Positions 1 through 9,505 of a stretch of DNA of 64,000 nt are shown here, one piece after another. The notes beneath the pieces are model-generated. The model ran no database searches, was not told the DNA's origin, and worked only from the letters and a program-made list of their open reading frames with translations. The stretch spans positions 52,779 to 116,778 of the forward strand of contig JBCCJK010000001.1 in the NCBI GenBank assembly GCA_039027815.1, given 5' to 3'. A program made the position numbers and the translations under genes. The DNA comes from Verrucomicrobiota bacterium. Lineage in GTDB: Bacteria > Verrucomicrobiota > Verrucomicrobiia > Verrucomicrobiales > JBCCJK01. Position 1 is the stretch's first letter. The number at the start of each line of letters is the position of its first letter.

Positions 1-378
1 CCCCGCCCGGTCGAACCCTCCTTCAACGAAGTCAACCAAGCCCAGCAAACCAAGGAAACCGTCATCAACGAAGCCCGCGGCCAATACAACCGGGCCGTCC
101 CGCGCACCCGGGGCGAGGCCGACAAAACGATCGCCCAGGCCGAAGGGGAAGCCATCCGCCGGATCAACGAAGCGGAAGGGGACGCCGCCGCCTTCAACGC
201 CGTCTTCAGCGAATACTCGAAAGCCCCCGACGTCACCCGCCAGCGCCTCTACCTGGAAACCATGTCCAAGGTGCTCCCCAGCTTTCAAAAACGCATTCTC
301 ATGGATGCCGCTGGAGGCGGAATCCTGCCCTTCTTAAACCTGGATCAATCTGCCAACCCCGTGACTGGCGCCCGCTAA
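1..378 (+). CDS. hflK: HflK protease modulator, C-terminal fragment (5' end outside window)
   Basis: Frame 1 is open from base 1 to TAA at 376-378. Translation ...EPSFNEVNQAQQTKETVINEARGQYNRAVPRTRGEADKTIAQAEGEAIRRINEAEGDAAAFNAVFSEYSKAPDVTRQRLYLETM... matches the C-terminal part of band-7/HflK proteins. hflC follows directly. Confidence 0.8.
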   Translation, partial: PRPVEPSFNEVNQAQQTKETVINEARGQYNRAVPRTRGEADKTIAQAEGEAIRRINEAEGDAAAFNAVFSEYSKAPDVTRQRLYLETMSKVLPSFQKRILMDAAGGGILPFLNLDQSANPVTGAR

Positions 379-409
379 TCGGACCCATCGGAACCCACCC
401 TCTTCTGCC

Positions 410-1375
410 ATGAAACAACTCTCTCTCGCCCTCTTCCTCGGCATCGCCATCGTCCTGCTCGTCATCATCGGGTCCGCCATCTACACCGTCGACGAAACCG
501 AACAGGTCATCATCACGGAGTTTGGACGCAAGGTGGGCGACCCCGTGACCGAAGCCGGCCTCAAGTTCAAAACGCCCTTCATCCAACACGTCAACCGGAT
601 CGAAAAGCGCGTCCTCGAGTGGGATGGCAACGCCACCGAAATGCCCACCCGGGACAAACTCTTCATCATCGCGGACATGTTCGGTCGTTGGAAAATCACG
701 GACGCGAGCGTCTTCTTTGAAAAACTCCGCGATGAACGCAGCGCCATCTCGCGGCTCGATGACATCCTCGGGGGGGAAACCCGCACCGCGGTCGCCAACC
801 ATGACCTCATCGAAATCATCCGCAGCACCAAGGAACGCGAGCCCGTCCAGGGCGGCGAAATCGTGGACATCTTGGGCGAAAGCGCCCAACTCGAAGACAT
901 CGAACAAGGCCGCCCCGCCATTGAACAAATCATCTTCGACTCAGCCAAGCCCAAGCTGGCAGAATTCGGCATCGAACTCCTCGACATCCGCTTCAAGCGG
1001 ATCAATTACAACCCCACCGTGGAAAAAGACATCTTCCAACGAATGATCTCGGAGCGGAAACAAATCGCCGAACGCTTCCGCTCGGAAGGCCAAGGGGAAG
1101 CCGCCCGCATCCTGGGAAGCATGGAAAAAGACGTCAACGAAATCAAATCAGAGGCCTACAAAAAGGTCCAGAGCATCCGAGGGGAGGCGGACGCCAAGGC
1201 CACCGCCATCTACGCCAACGCCTACAACCAAAGCCCGCAAGCAGCCGAGTTTTATCGCTTCATCAAGAGTTTGGAGACCTACCAAACCTCTCTCGGCGGC
1301 GAGACGACCGTCATCCTCAACACGGACTCCCCCCTCCTGCAATATCTCCAATCCTTCGAAGGCAACGGGAACTGA
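410..1375 (+). CDS. hflC: HflC protease modulator (SPFH/band-7)
   Basis: 321-aa ORF with an N-terminal TM helix (LALFLGIAIVLLVIIGSAIY) followed by an SPFH domain (YTVDETEQVIITEFGR...; AEFGIELLDIRFKRINY). Lies 31 nt after hflK. Confidence 0.85.
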   Translation: MKQLSLALFLGIAIVLLVIIGSAIYTVDETEQVIITEFGRKVGDPVTEAGLKFKTPFIQHVNRIEKRVLEWDGNATEMPTRDKLFIIADMFGRWKITDASVFFEKLRDERSAISRLDDILGGETRTAVANHDLIEIIRSTKEREPVQGGEIVDILGESAQLEDIEQGRPAIEQIIFDSAKPKLAEFGIELLDIRFKRINYNPTVEKDIFQRMISERKQIAERFRSEGQGEAARILGSMEKDVNEIKSEAYKKVQSIRGEADAKATAIYANAYNQSPQAAEFYRFIKSLETYQTSLGGETTVILNTDSPLLQYLQSFEGNGN

Positions 1376-1409
1376 GCGGAGATCAAAAGAACGCCCTCGC
1401 GAAAGAGCC

Positions 1410-1439
1410 TTGAAAGTTGGCTCAGTTTTCCCATAACTT
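1410..1439 (+). promoter_or_regulatory. Candidate sigma70-type promoter for tRNA-Thr
   Basis: TTGAAA (1410-1415), 18-nt spacer, TAACTT (1434-1439). The -10 element ends 24 nt before the mature tRNA 5' end. Found by eye only. Confidence 0.3.
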
Positions 1440-1463
1440 CGCTGGAGAGGGCCGAACGAGAAA

Positions 1464-1538
1464 GCCGATGTAGCTCAGGGGTAGAGCAGGTCATTCGTAA
1501 TGATCAGGTCGCCGGTTCAAATCCGGCCATCGGCTCCA
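1464..1538 (+). tRNA. tRNA-Thr (anticodon CGT)
   Basis: Cloverleaf folded by hand. Acceptor GCCGATG/CATCGGC, D arm GCTC-AGGGGTA-GAGC, anticodon arm GGTCA-TTCGTAA-TGATC, T arm GCCGG-TTCAAAT-CCGGC, discriminator T, encoded CCA. Confidence 0.95.
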
Positions 1539-1648
1539 TTTGAGGAAGAGATCACCTCCTCGCTCCCGGCCCTCACTTTCTGCTCGAAAGTCTTGACGAC
1601 GGCGGGAGACTTGCTCACTGCTTCGGAACGACTTTTCCCTCCCGCCCC

Positions 1649-2467
1649 ATGGCCCAGCCCGCAAAGTCCCTCGTCAAATATGTCCAACGCCAGCTGAATG
1701 CCTCGGGCTTTCGCTCGGGTCGGGTGGACGGGATTTGTGGTTGGCGGACTCGGGGGGCGCTTCGCAAGGCCTTGGCCGATGTCAGCAACGTCGACCCGAA
1801 GTGGCCTCAGGAGCGACTGCTTTCGGCCTACATCCAATATCTCGCGACCCATCGCGGCATCGACGCCGGCCCCATCGATGGCTGGTGGGGCCCACAGACT
1901 GAATTCGGTTACGAGAACCTTCTCCACCTCGAAGAGCATGGCATTCCGGTGCCGAACTGGCGAGATCAGGAAGACGATTATGTCCCCGCCCAGAACCACT
2001 GGCCGGAGGAGCGACCAGAGAGCGAGCTGCGAAAATACTACGGGGAGCCCGGCAGCAATCTCGCGACCATTGAGCTCCCCTACGTCCACCGTATCGCTTG
2101 GTCCTCGAGCCAGACTCTCAGCAAATTCAGCTGCCACGAGAAAGTCGCCGAGAGCATGAAGCGCGTCCTCACTCGGGTCCTCGATTACTATGGTGCCCAG
2201 CAGATTCGTGACCTCCGGCTCGACTACTGGGGAGGCTGTTTCAACAAACGCACCATCCGAGGGGGCAGCCGCTGGTCGACTCACGCTTGGGGCATCGCAG
2301 TCGATTACGATCCGGATCGCAACCGTCTCCGCTGGGGTCGAGACCGGGCCCATTTCGCGAAGCCAGCCTATGAGAAATGGTGGCAGCTGTGGGAGGAGGA
2401 AGGCTGGGTCAGCCTAGGCCGGATCAAGAACTACGATTGGATGCACGTGCAAGCGGCCAAGCGCTGA
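1649..2467 (+). CDS. Peptidoglycan-binding domain + M15-family zinc peptidase (endolysin-like cell-wall hydrolase)
   Basis: 272-aa ORF. N-terminal PG-binding-like repeats (VQRQLNASGFRSGRVDGICGWRTRGALRKA; GIDAGPIDGWWGPQTEFG). C-terminal M15 metal-ligand motifs (STHAWGIAVD ... DWMHVQ). Confidence 0.75.
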   Translation: MAQPAKSLVKYVQRQLNASGFRSGRVDGICGWRTRGALRKALADVSNVDPKWPQERLLSAYIQYLATHRGIDAGPIDGWWGPQTEFGYENLLHLEEHGIPVPNWRDQEDDYVPAQNHWPEERPESELRKYYGEPGSNLATIELPYVHRIAWSSSQTLSKFSCHEKVAESMKRVLTRVLDYYGAQQIRDLRLDYWGGCFNKRTIRGGSRWSTHAWGIAVDYDPDRNRLRWGRDRAHFAKPAYEKWWQLWEEEGWVSLGRIKNYDWMHVQAAKR

Positions 2468-2475
2468 GAGCCAGC

Positions 2476-3849
2476 CTAGCCCCGGGCGCCCAAGGCTTGG
2501 AACAAGCGGACGCTCGCATCGAACTGCAATCCCCGAATCTGGGCGGCTCTCCGTTCGGCATCCAATTCCTCTCTCAGGGCATCGAGCACTTCGATGGAAT
2601 CGACCTTGCCCTCGCGGTAACGCGTTAGGGATAGCTGGGAAGCGCGGGTCGAGGCCTTCACGGCCCGCCGCTGCGCCGCATACTCGGCCGCCAGGGCCTG
2701 CCGGTCGACCAGGGCGTCTTCCACCTCCTGCAAGGCCACGAGCATCGTTTGTTCATAGTTCGAAATGGCTTCCTCGTGAGCCGCTCGGCGCTCTTGGAGA
2801 TTGGCGCGGAGTCGGCCTCCTTGGAAAAAAGGCAGGGTGACTTCCGGGCCCAGGGTGAAGGTGCGGCTACTCCATTCCAGAAATTCATCCGTGCTGATGC
2901 TGGAGAGCCCACCGGAGCCAATCAGATTGAAGCGTGGAAAGAAATCTCGCCGAGCGACTTCCACGCGAGCTTCAGCCGCCTGGATTTGCGCGAGAGCCTG
3001 CGCGACGTCAGGACGCGCGCTCAGCGTCTCGAAGGGCAGGCCGGTTTGGATCCGGGGCAGCACCCTCGGCGGGGGAGCACTTGCCAGCGAAAAGTCGCTG
3101 GGCGCTTGGCCGGAAAGAACGGCCAAGGCATTCGCGAGGCGACGGCGTCCTCCCTGCACTTGGAACTTCTCGGCTTGCCGTGTGGCGAGTTCAGCCTCGG
3201 CCCGTGCCACCTCCAAGTCCGTGGCCCGTCCTGTCGCCTGGCGATTTTGCGCGATCTCAAGGCTTTCTTGCCGGGTCTGGATGGCGTTTTTTAAAATGCG
3301 CTCCTCCTGGTCCAAGAAGCGAAGGGCAAAGTAATTTCGTGCGAGCTGGCTCTGAAGCGATAAGCGCAAGTCCGCGGTGGCCGCTTCCACCGAGAAGGCA
3401 TCGGCCTGGGCCGCTTGGCTCAGTTTGCGGACCCTTCCCCAAAGGTCGATTTCCCAGCTGAGGGCGGCGCCGCCCTGGTATTGGGTGAGCGGGTTGGGCC
3501 CGAATTGGGCGTTGGGATCGGCTTCCGAGAGTCGATTCCGACTGAGGCTTCCTTCACCCGAAAGACTGGGAAAGAGATCCGCCCTCGCCACGCCCAAAGC
3601 CGCATAGGCTTGCTCGATCCTCGCGAGGCTGGCCCGGAGGTCGAGGTTGCGGGTGCTCACTCCCTCGACCAGCTCATTTAGATGGGCATCCTGATAGAGC
3701 GTCCACCACTGATCGGGCAAATGGCGGGCCCCTTGGGCCCTCGTTTCTTTCCAGTGAACCGGGGCTTGGAAGTCGGAAGTTTCCAAGGGAGCCAGCAACT
3801 GGCAGCCACTCAAGCAGGGCAGAAGGAGAAGGGCGGCGAAAGCTTTCAT
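2476..3849 (-). CDS. RND efflux outer-membrane lipoprotein (NodT/TolC family)
   Basis: ORF 2476-3960 trimmed to the Met at 3849, which gives the lipoprotein signal MKAFAALLLLPCLSGCQ. Shows TolC-like two-repeat helical/beta architecture. Starts 4 nt after the RND pump stop. Confidence 0.85.
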   Translation of the reverse strand: MKAFAALLLLPCLSGCQLLAPLETSDFQAPVHWKETRAQGARHLPDQWWTLYQDAHLNELVEGVSTRNLDLRASLARIEQAYAALGVARADLFPSLSGEGSLSRNRLSEADPNAQFGPNPLTQYQGGAALSWEIDLWGRVRKLSQAAQADAFSVEAATADLRLSLQSQLARNYFALRFLDQEERILKNAIQTRQESLEIAQNRQATGRATDLEVARAEAELATRQAEKFQVQGGRRRLANALAVLSGQAPSDFSLASAPPPRVLPRIQTGLPFETLSARPDVAQALAQIQAAEARVEVARRDFFPRFNLIGSGGLSSISTDEFLEWSSRTFTLGPEVTLPFFQGGRLRANLQERRAAHEEAISNYEQTMLVALQEVEDALVDRQALAAEYAAQRRAVKASTRASQLSLTRYREGKVDSIEVLDALREELDAERRAAQIRGLQFDASVRLFQALGARG

Positions 3850-3853
3850 GATT

Positions 3854-6800
3854 TCAGGCAGTGCGATACTTGCGAGCGACCACCAGCCGGTAAAGCGCCG
3901 GAGTGAAGACGGCCGCCAAAAGAGTGGCCCCGCCCACTCCTCCCGCCAGCACGATGGCAAGCGGTGGCCAGAATTGGCCTCCTATCAGCAGCAAGAGCGG
4001 TAGGAAACTCCCGATGGTGGTGAGCGTGGTGCTCACGAGGTGTCGGCCGATTCCCATGATCTGCCGAGTCATGGCATCGATCTCTCCTCGCTTCGCCTGG
4101 GGGTCGGCGTAGAGGGCGGCCAGGGCCACGATGTTGTCATTGAAAGTCAGACCGACCAATCCGATGCAACCTAAAATGGTGTTGAAGCTGACCGGAAAAT
4201 CCATGACCCAAGTGGCCAGTAGCCCATAGCCCACCGCCAAAGGAGCCGTCAGCAGAAGGATGCCCGCCACGCGGACACTCCGGAAGGAAAGAATGAGAAT
4301 CGCGATCGTGAGCGTGACAATGACCGGCAGATAGAGCTGCAAATTGCCAAGGGCCTCCGCTTGGTTCTCGGATTCCCCGCCCACTTGGAGGCGATACCCG
4401 GCCGGTGGCTGGAAGCCGGATTCCTCCAGCTCTTGCAGGACCTGCTGGGTGATCTCGATCGGAAGGGCTCCCACCTGGGAATAGCCCCGCACGAAGTTGA
4501 CCCGTTCTCCATTGAAGCGCGTGATCGCTCCCGCTTCGGGGCGCAGTTCAAAGCCTCCTACCGTGCGAAGCGGGACCGGCTCGCCCTCGTCATTGATCAA
4601 ACGCAGGTCGGCCACTCCATCGATTTCCCGCCGTCGCTCGCTCGGCACCCGCACCCGAATGGGCAGTTCCTCGACCGCCTCGATCAAGCTCCCCCCTTGC
4701 AGGCCTTCCAAGTGGGTTTGCAACTGGTCGGCAATCGATTGCAGGCTGAGACCCGCTGTGAGAGCGCGCTCTTCCTGCGCATTGAACCACAGTTTGGGCT
4801 CCCCTCGTTTCAGGGTGGATTCCACGTGGAGGATATCGGGATGCTCTCCGAGACGTCGCTGGACCTCATCGCCCAGCGCTTGGAGGGTGGCGATGTCGGG
4901 GCCGAGAAGGCGAATCTCCACATCCGCAGGAGCCGGTGGCCCTTGGGCGAACTTGCTGACCCGGACGAGCGCTTCGGGGAAGGCTTCGTCGAGTCGTTTT
5001 TGCAAGCTAGGCACCAGTCGATCGACCGATTCAAAGGAATCTGCCTTGATGGCGGCCATGGCGTAGTTCGGCGAGTTGTCCCGATTCTCAATCAGATTGT
5101 AGTAGACGGGAGGGAAGGTCGCTCCGGCCAACCAATGGACATGTTCGATTCCCGCTTCCTCGCGAATGAGAGCCTCCATCTCGGCCGTGACCGCCACCGT
5201 CCGTTCGAGAGACGTGACAGTCGGAAGATCAAATTGCACCGTGAACATATCGCGGTCGGTCCGCGGGAAAAATTGGCTGCCGAGACCAGCCGCCGCCATG
5301 AAGCCCAGAATCGGGACGGAGATCCCAATCAAAAGGCCTAGCCAAGGACGCTGGATGGACTGCCGGATGAGGCCTTGCATGGCGCGCGTGAACCAGGGCG
5401 CGCTCACCCCCTCGCGCAGCCAACGCCACCTTCGTCTCCCACCGCCCGTCTTGGGGAGAGACGAGAACAGACCCGCCATGGCAGCGATTAAGGTTAGCGA
5501 AATCACGAAGGAGAGACTGATGGCTAAGATGACGCTGTTCCCGATCGAGCCCACAAAGTCGCCCGCATTGCCCGGCAACAAGAGAATGGGGAGGAAGGCC
5601 AAAACCGAAGTCAGGGTCGAGGACAGCAGGGGCACGAAAAGATGCTCGATGGCCGCGATGACCGCCTCCCGGCGGCTCTTTCCTTTCTCGAGGTATTTGC
5701 GGACCTCGTCGGTGATGACAATGGCGGTATCGATCAAGAGCCCCAGGGCGATGATCATGCCGAAAATCGACATCTGATGCAGCTTCCCTCCTTGGAGCGA
5801 AAGCGCGAAGAGCACCGCCGCGGCCGTCAGGGGGAGAGCCGTGCTCACGATGAGCGAGCGCCGCCAACCCATTGTCAAAAGAATCACCACCAGCACCACG
5901 CCTGCGCCCAAAAAGAGATTGCCCACCAAGTCGCTCAAGCGGGCCTCGGTGTAGACATTCTGCCGGTAGAGCACCTCGGCTGAGATCCGACCGCCGAGAT
6001 TGGCTTGGAAGTCGGCCAAGACTTGGTCGGCCGCCCCATCCCACTGGTCCACCCGCCCCCCGTCCTCCACCCGGGCCGCCACCAAGATGGCTCGTTGCCC
6101 GTCGGCAAAGGCCACCTGTTCGGGAGGATCCGTCCAGGAACGGGTCACTTGGGCGATGTCCGCTAGCCGGATGGTGCGCGACTGGTCCTCACTCTGGAAA
6201 ACGATGACCTCCCGCACCCGCGCCAGAGAATCCAAGCGCCCATCCACCTCCACCAAAAGGTTGGCGGCCCCTCCTCGCACCAAGCCCGCTGGGACCTTGA
6301 CATCGGCTCGACGAAGCGCCTCGGCCACGTCGCGGGAGGTCAACTGCCGTTGAGCCAACTCCTCCGGTTGGATTTCCACCGTGATCTCCTCAGAGGGCTT
6401 GCCGTAAACTCGCACCAGTTGCGTCCCGCTCACCCCGCGGAGCCGATCAGCCAAATCCTCGGCCCGCCGAGCCAAAATCCCCAACTGCTCCTCCCCTTTG
6501 GCCGCCTCGGCCCAGCGCAGTGCCACCAGGAGCGTGTAGGCCACCGTACTCCGCTTGTTGTCGAAGTCGGGCGGCAGAACTTCAGAGGGAAACTCCTGGG
6601 CGGCGGCGTCGACGGCATCGCGGATCTCCGAAGCGATCGGTTCCACCATGTCACTTTGAACCGCGTCCTTGTATTCGATCGTGATGAGCGAGATGCCCGA
6701 GCGGGAGGTCGACTGGATTTCTTTGATTTGAGAAATCTCTTCCAGTTCGGACTCGATTTTCTCGGTCACCAGGGCCTCGACCCGGTCGGCCGAGGCTCCT

Positions 6801-6973
6801 GGAAAGACCGTCAAGACCTGCGCGCTTCGATTGGTGATGACCGGGTCTTCCAAGCGAGGCAGCCCATTAATGGCTGAGAGCCCCGCCACCAAGGTCACCG
6901 CAATCCCCAGCGCCAGGAGATAGCGATTATCGAAAAAAATCGCAGTCAGCTTGTTGGAGGCGCCCGCACTCAT
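3854..6973 (-). CDS. RND efflux permease (AcrB/HAE1-like)
   Basis: 1039-aa ORF with the typical RND layout: TM1, large periplasmic loop, TM2-7, second loop, TM8-12. The start overlaps the MFP stop (ATGA). Confidence 0.9.
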   Translation of the reverse strand: MSAGASNKLTAIFFDNRYLLALGIAVTLVAGLSAINGLPRLEDPVITNRSAQVLTVFPGASADRVEALVTEKIESELEEISQIKEIQSTSRSGISLITIEYKDAVQSDMVEPIASEIRDAVDAAAQEFPSEVLPPDFDNKRSTVAYTLLVALRWAEAAKGEEQLGILARRAEDLADRLRGVSGTQLVRVYGKPSEEITVEIQPEELAQRQLTSRDVAEALRRADVKVPAGLVRGGAANLLVEVDGRLDSLARVREVIVFQSEDQSRTIRLADIAQVTRSWTDPPEQVAFADGQRAILVAARVEDGGRVDQWDGAADQVLADFQANLGGRISAEVLYRQNVYTEARLSDLVGNLFLGAGVVLVVILLTMGWRRSLIVSTALPLTAAAVLFALSLQGGKLHQMSIFGMIIALGLLIDTAIVITDEVRKYLEKGKSRREAVIAAIEHLFVPLLSSTLTSVLAFLPILLLPGNAGDFVGSIGNSVILAISLSFVISLTLIAAMAGLFSSLPKTGGGRRRWRWLREGVSAPWFTRAMQGLIRQSIQRPWLGLLIGISVPILGFMAAAGLGSQFFPRTDRDMFTVQFDLPTVTSLERTVAVTAEMEALIREEAGIEHVHWLAGATFPPVYYNLIENRDNSPNYAMAAIKADSFESVDRLVPSLQKRLDEAFPEALVRVSKFAQGPPAPADVEIRLLGPDIATLQALGDEVQRRLGEHPDILHVESTLKRGEPKLWFNAQEERALTAGLSLQSIADQLQTHLEGLQGGSLIEAVEELPIRVRVPSERRREIDGVADLRLINDEGEPVPLRTVGGFELRPEAGAITRFNGERVNFVRGYSQVGALPIEITQQVLQELEESGFQPPAGYRLQVGGESENQAEALGNLQLYLPVIVTLTIAILILSFRSVRVAGILLLTAPLAVGYGLLATWVMDFPVSFNTILGCIGLVGLTFNDNIVALAALYADPQAKRGEIDAMTRQIMGIGRHLVSTTLTTIGSFLPLLLLIGGQFWPPLAIVLAGGVGGATLLAAVFTPALYRLVVARKYRTA

Positions 6974-8109
6974 GACCCGGCCGAAGAAAGCGAACTTTCA
7001 GATTGCCTCTCCACGCGGGCGATTTTGACCCGCTGCCCCGGCGCCAACTTGTGAAGGCCTGCCGCCAAAACCTGATCGCCGGTCTGGAGCGGCCCCCGCA
7101 CGAAGACCTGGTCTGCATACTCGTAGATCAGCTCGATATCGACCGGCTCCAAGCGATGAGCGCCCTCGGCGGCCTCCGGGTCGGGAACGACCAAAAAACA
7201 GCCCCACAGTCCACGATTCCCTTCGGTCAGCGCATCCCGGGGCAGAAAGAACCCCTCGCCCGCTACCTCCTCTCGCTGCCGGACAGTCAGGATATCCCCG
7301 TCTCGCGCTCTCAGCCCCTCCTGCGCCAGCGACGCGATGACATCGATGGTCTGCGTGCGGGGATCACGTTGTGGCAAGACGCGCAGGATGGGCAAGTCCA
7401 CCTCCGTTCCATCGGGAAGCTCTGCCCGGAGCGAAGGCCCGCTTCGCCAATCCGCTTCTTGCGCCACCGGCAGGGCGATGCGCGCTTCCAATTGGCCGGT
7501 TTCCAGCAGCTCCAAAACAGCTTGATTCGGCGACAGGATGCTCCCCTCATCGGCGGCCCTCTCCACGATGACCCCGGCGTAGGGCGCCCGTAAGACACTC
7601 TTTCGGAGATCGACCTCGACGCTGGCCAACTGGGCCTCAATCCGGCGCACCGCCGCCCGCGCAGAATCCCGCTCTTCCAGCGAAGACTCCAGCTCTTGCG
7701 CTGCCACCGCGCCGCTCTTGACCAAGCGGGCGTCTCGCTCCCAGACACCCTCAGTGAAGTCTTTCCGAGCGGTCGCCTCCACCAGGGAAGCCAACAGTTC
7801 ATCGCGACTTGCTTCCAAACGCTCTTGGTCGATGGCCGCCAAAGTCTGCCCCTCTTGCACCGCCTCGCCCTCCTCGACCTCCACCGAAAGAAGGGTTCCC
7901 GAGATCTCGAAGCCGAGGGAAGTGCGCCGCCTGGCCTCGACCACCCCTACGTATTTATTCACCACCGGAAAACTCTTCGCTTGCACCAGTTCCACCACCG
8001 CCACGGGATTGAGCCGCATGGTCGGAACCTCTTCTCCCTCGTCCGCTGGCCCGGAACAACCCCCTGCCAAGAGGGCTCCCAAGAAAAAAATGGATCGGAG
8101 TGACTTCAT
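6970..8109 (-). CDS. RND efflux periplasmic adaptor (membrane fusion protein, HlyD family)
   Basis: 379 aa with lipobox MKSLRSIFFLGALLAGGCSG. Has a coiled-coil hairpin flanked by lipoyl/beta-barrel segments. First gene of the efflux operon. Confidence 0.85.
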   Translation of the reverse strand: MKSLRSIFFLGALLAGGCSGPADEGEEVPTMRLNPVAVVELVQAKSFPVVNKYVGVVEARRRTSLGFEISGTLLSVEVEEGEAVQEGQTLAAIDQERLEASRDELLASLVEATARKDFTEGVWERDARLVKSGAVAAQELESSLEERDSARAAVRRIEAQLASVEVDLRKSVLRAPYAGVIVERAADEGSILSPNQAVLELLETGQLEARIALPVAQEADWRSGPSLRAELPDGTEVDLPILRVLPQRDPRTQTIDVIASLAQEGLRARDGDILTVRQREEVAGEGFFLPRDALTEGNRGLWGCFLVVPDPEAAEGAHRLEPVDIELIYEYADQVFVRGPLQTGDQVLAAGLHKLAPGQRVKIARVERQSESSLSSAGS

Positions 8110-8117
8110 TTTACTTT

Positions 8118-8136
8118 TTGACTGTGAGTAACTTAG
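8118..8136. promoter_or_regulatory. Candidate TetR operator upstream of efflux operon
   Basis: TTGACTGTGAGTAACTTAG lies 9 nt upstream of the MFP start. It shares the TGACT-N3/4-AGT(A/T)A half-palindrome with two sites at 8879-8911. Confidence 0.2.
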
Positions 8137-8154
8137 AACAAAAAAGGAGAACCG

Positions 8155-8877
8155 TTAGGAGCGGAGCGCGATCTGAGAAAAATCGGAAAGCTCGCTCTGA
8201 ATGCGTTCCTTGGTGGCCTCGTAATCATGCTCCTCCGCGGAAGGCCCCCAGCCCACGCCATCGAGATAGCGGCAATAGTTATCGAAGAGATACCGGAGAG
8301 GCTCTCGGGCATATTTTTCGGAAAAAGACCCCTCCTCAGCGATCAGAAACGCACCTTTGGAAAGACTAATCAGGCCCCAGACAATCTGGTCCGGCTGGGG
8401 AGCATCCTTTGCTAGCTCGCCCTGAGCCGCAGCGTCTTCGGCCACCGCCACCGCCAGCTCAAAACACCGGTCAAAAGTCTGGAAGAAGTAGGCCTGCCGT
8501 TCCTCTGAACACTTCGACCAGATCGAGGGCGAGCGCACCAGCTGCACCAGCGGGAAACCGTGCGGAAAATTTTGCGCCAGCATGCGATCCGCCATGGCGA
8601 AGGCCGTAATGCGCTCTCGGGTCAGCCCTTTGAAGTCATGGGCCGCTTTGAAGGATTCCCAGCGGAGCGTGGCGTGATAGTTGACCACCCCCAAAACGAG
8701 ATCTTCCTTGCTCTTGAAGTGATGATAAAGCGTAGCTTTGGAGTATTCCACTTGCTCCGCCAACTCGTCCAAATTCAGACCGAGGTAGCCATGGGAGGCC
8801 AGCAGACCATCCGCCGCCTTGACCACCATCTCCTCGCGAGCAAGAAATTCGCGCTCTTTTCTCTCAGAAATGCCCAT
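8155..8877 (-). CDS. TetR/AcrR family transcriptional regulator
   Basis: 240 aa with an N-terminal HTH (GYLGLNLDELAEQVEYSKATLYHHFKSKEDLV). Located directly upstream of the RND operon on the same strand. Confidence 0.9.
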   Translation of the reverse strand: MGISERKEREFLAREEMVVKAADGLLASHGYLGLNLDELAEQVEYSKATLYHHFKSKEDLVLGVVNYHATLRWESFKAAHDFKGLTRERITAFAMADRMLAQNFPHGFPLVQLVRSPSIWSKCSEERQAYFFQTFDRCFELAVAVAEDAAAQGELAKDAPQPDQIVWGLISLSKGAFLIAEEGSFSEKYAREPLRYLFDNYCRYLDGVGWGPSAEEHDYEATKERIQSELSDFSQIALRS

Positions 8878-8878
8878 T

Positions 8879-8911
8879 TTGACTCGCGGTTGATTTCTGA
8901 CTACGAGTTAG
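8879..8911. promoter_or_regulatory. Candidate TetR operator pair in divergent tetR / 9032-operon promoter region
   Basis: TTGACTCGCGGTTGA and CTGACTACGAGTTAG lie in tandem immediately upstream of the tetR start. The second is a 5/6 palindrome (CTGACT-acg-AGTTAG). Confidence 0.2.
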
Positions 8912-9031
8912 ACCGGCTTTCCAGATGCCCGCCGAATGCTTTCGAAGCGATCTCCCTCCCCGCTCTCTGGAACAGGGCCTGCCCCCAGGATGAAGCTTGC
9001 GTGAAGAGGGCGGGCACGGCATGCTTTTCTC

Positions 9032-9451
9032 ATGAGAATGCTCTCCTTGTCCTTCCTGGCGCTCGCGGTGACGGCCTCCTCCCAAGAGCTGCCGACCCTC
9101 TCTTGGGAAAGTGAACAAAACGCGGGTGTCCCCCTCGCGGAAGGCCCCGAGCAGACTGTCCGGCTGCGGGTCAACCAATCGGCCATCACGATCGCCCTCG
9201 CGGCCCCGGTTTCGGTGGCCGAACTGGCCCCGGCGGAGTTTGAGGATGGCCAAGTGCCTGCCCAGGCCGTGACCGCGGCCTTTGGCTGGTGGGCCGGTCT
9301 CGGCCAAGCATACTACGCCACCTGGGAGAGCCCCATCCTGACCGTCTACCTCCAGGAAATCCAAGAGCTGGGCGAGGAACTCCCCGCCGAGCAACTTTTG
9401 CAGATCAAAGTGGATCAACGGGGCCAAGCGACCGTCCTGGACGACAAGTAG
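9032..9451 (+). CDS. Hypothetical secreted protein
   Basis: 139-aa ORF with a signal peptide (MRMLSLSFLALAVTASSQE). Codon usage is consistent with its neighbours. No domain recognised. Confidence 0.55.
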   Translation: MRMLSLSFLALAVTASSQELPTLSWESEQNAGVPLAEGPEQTVRLRVNQSAITIALAAPVSVAELAPAEFEDGQVPAQAVTAAFGWWAGLGQAYYATWESPILTVYLQEIQELGEELPAEQLLQIKVDQRGQATVLDDK

Positions 9452-9505
9452 CCGCTCTCTAAATCCTTCCTCGACCCCCTCCGCGTCTCGGGTGTAGAGA
9501 CAGAC

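Noticed and set aside
1539-2467. Prophage or integrative island at tRNA-Thr.
   Set aside because: Only one lysin-like gene is present. There is no integrase, and I saw no att-like duplication of the tRNA 3' end. The next genes are a standard efflux operon.
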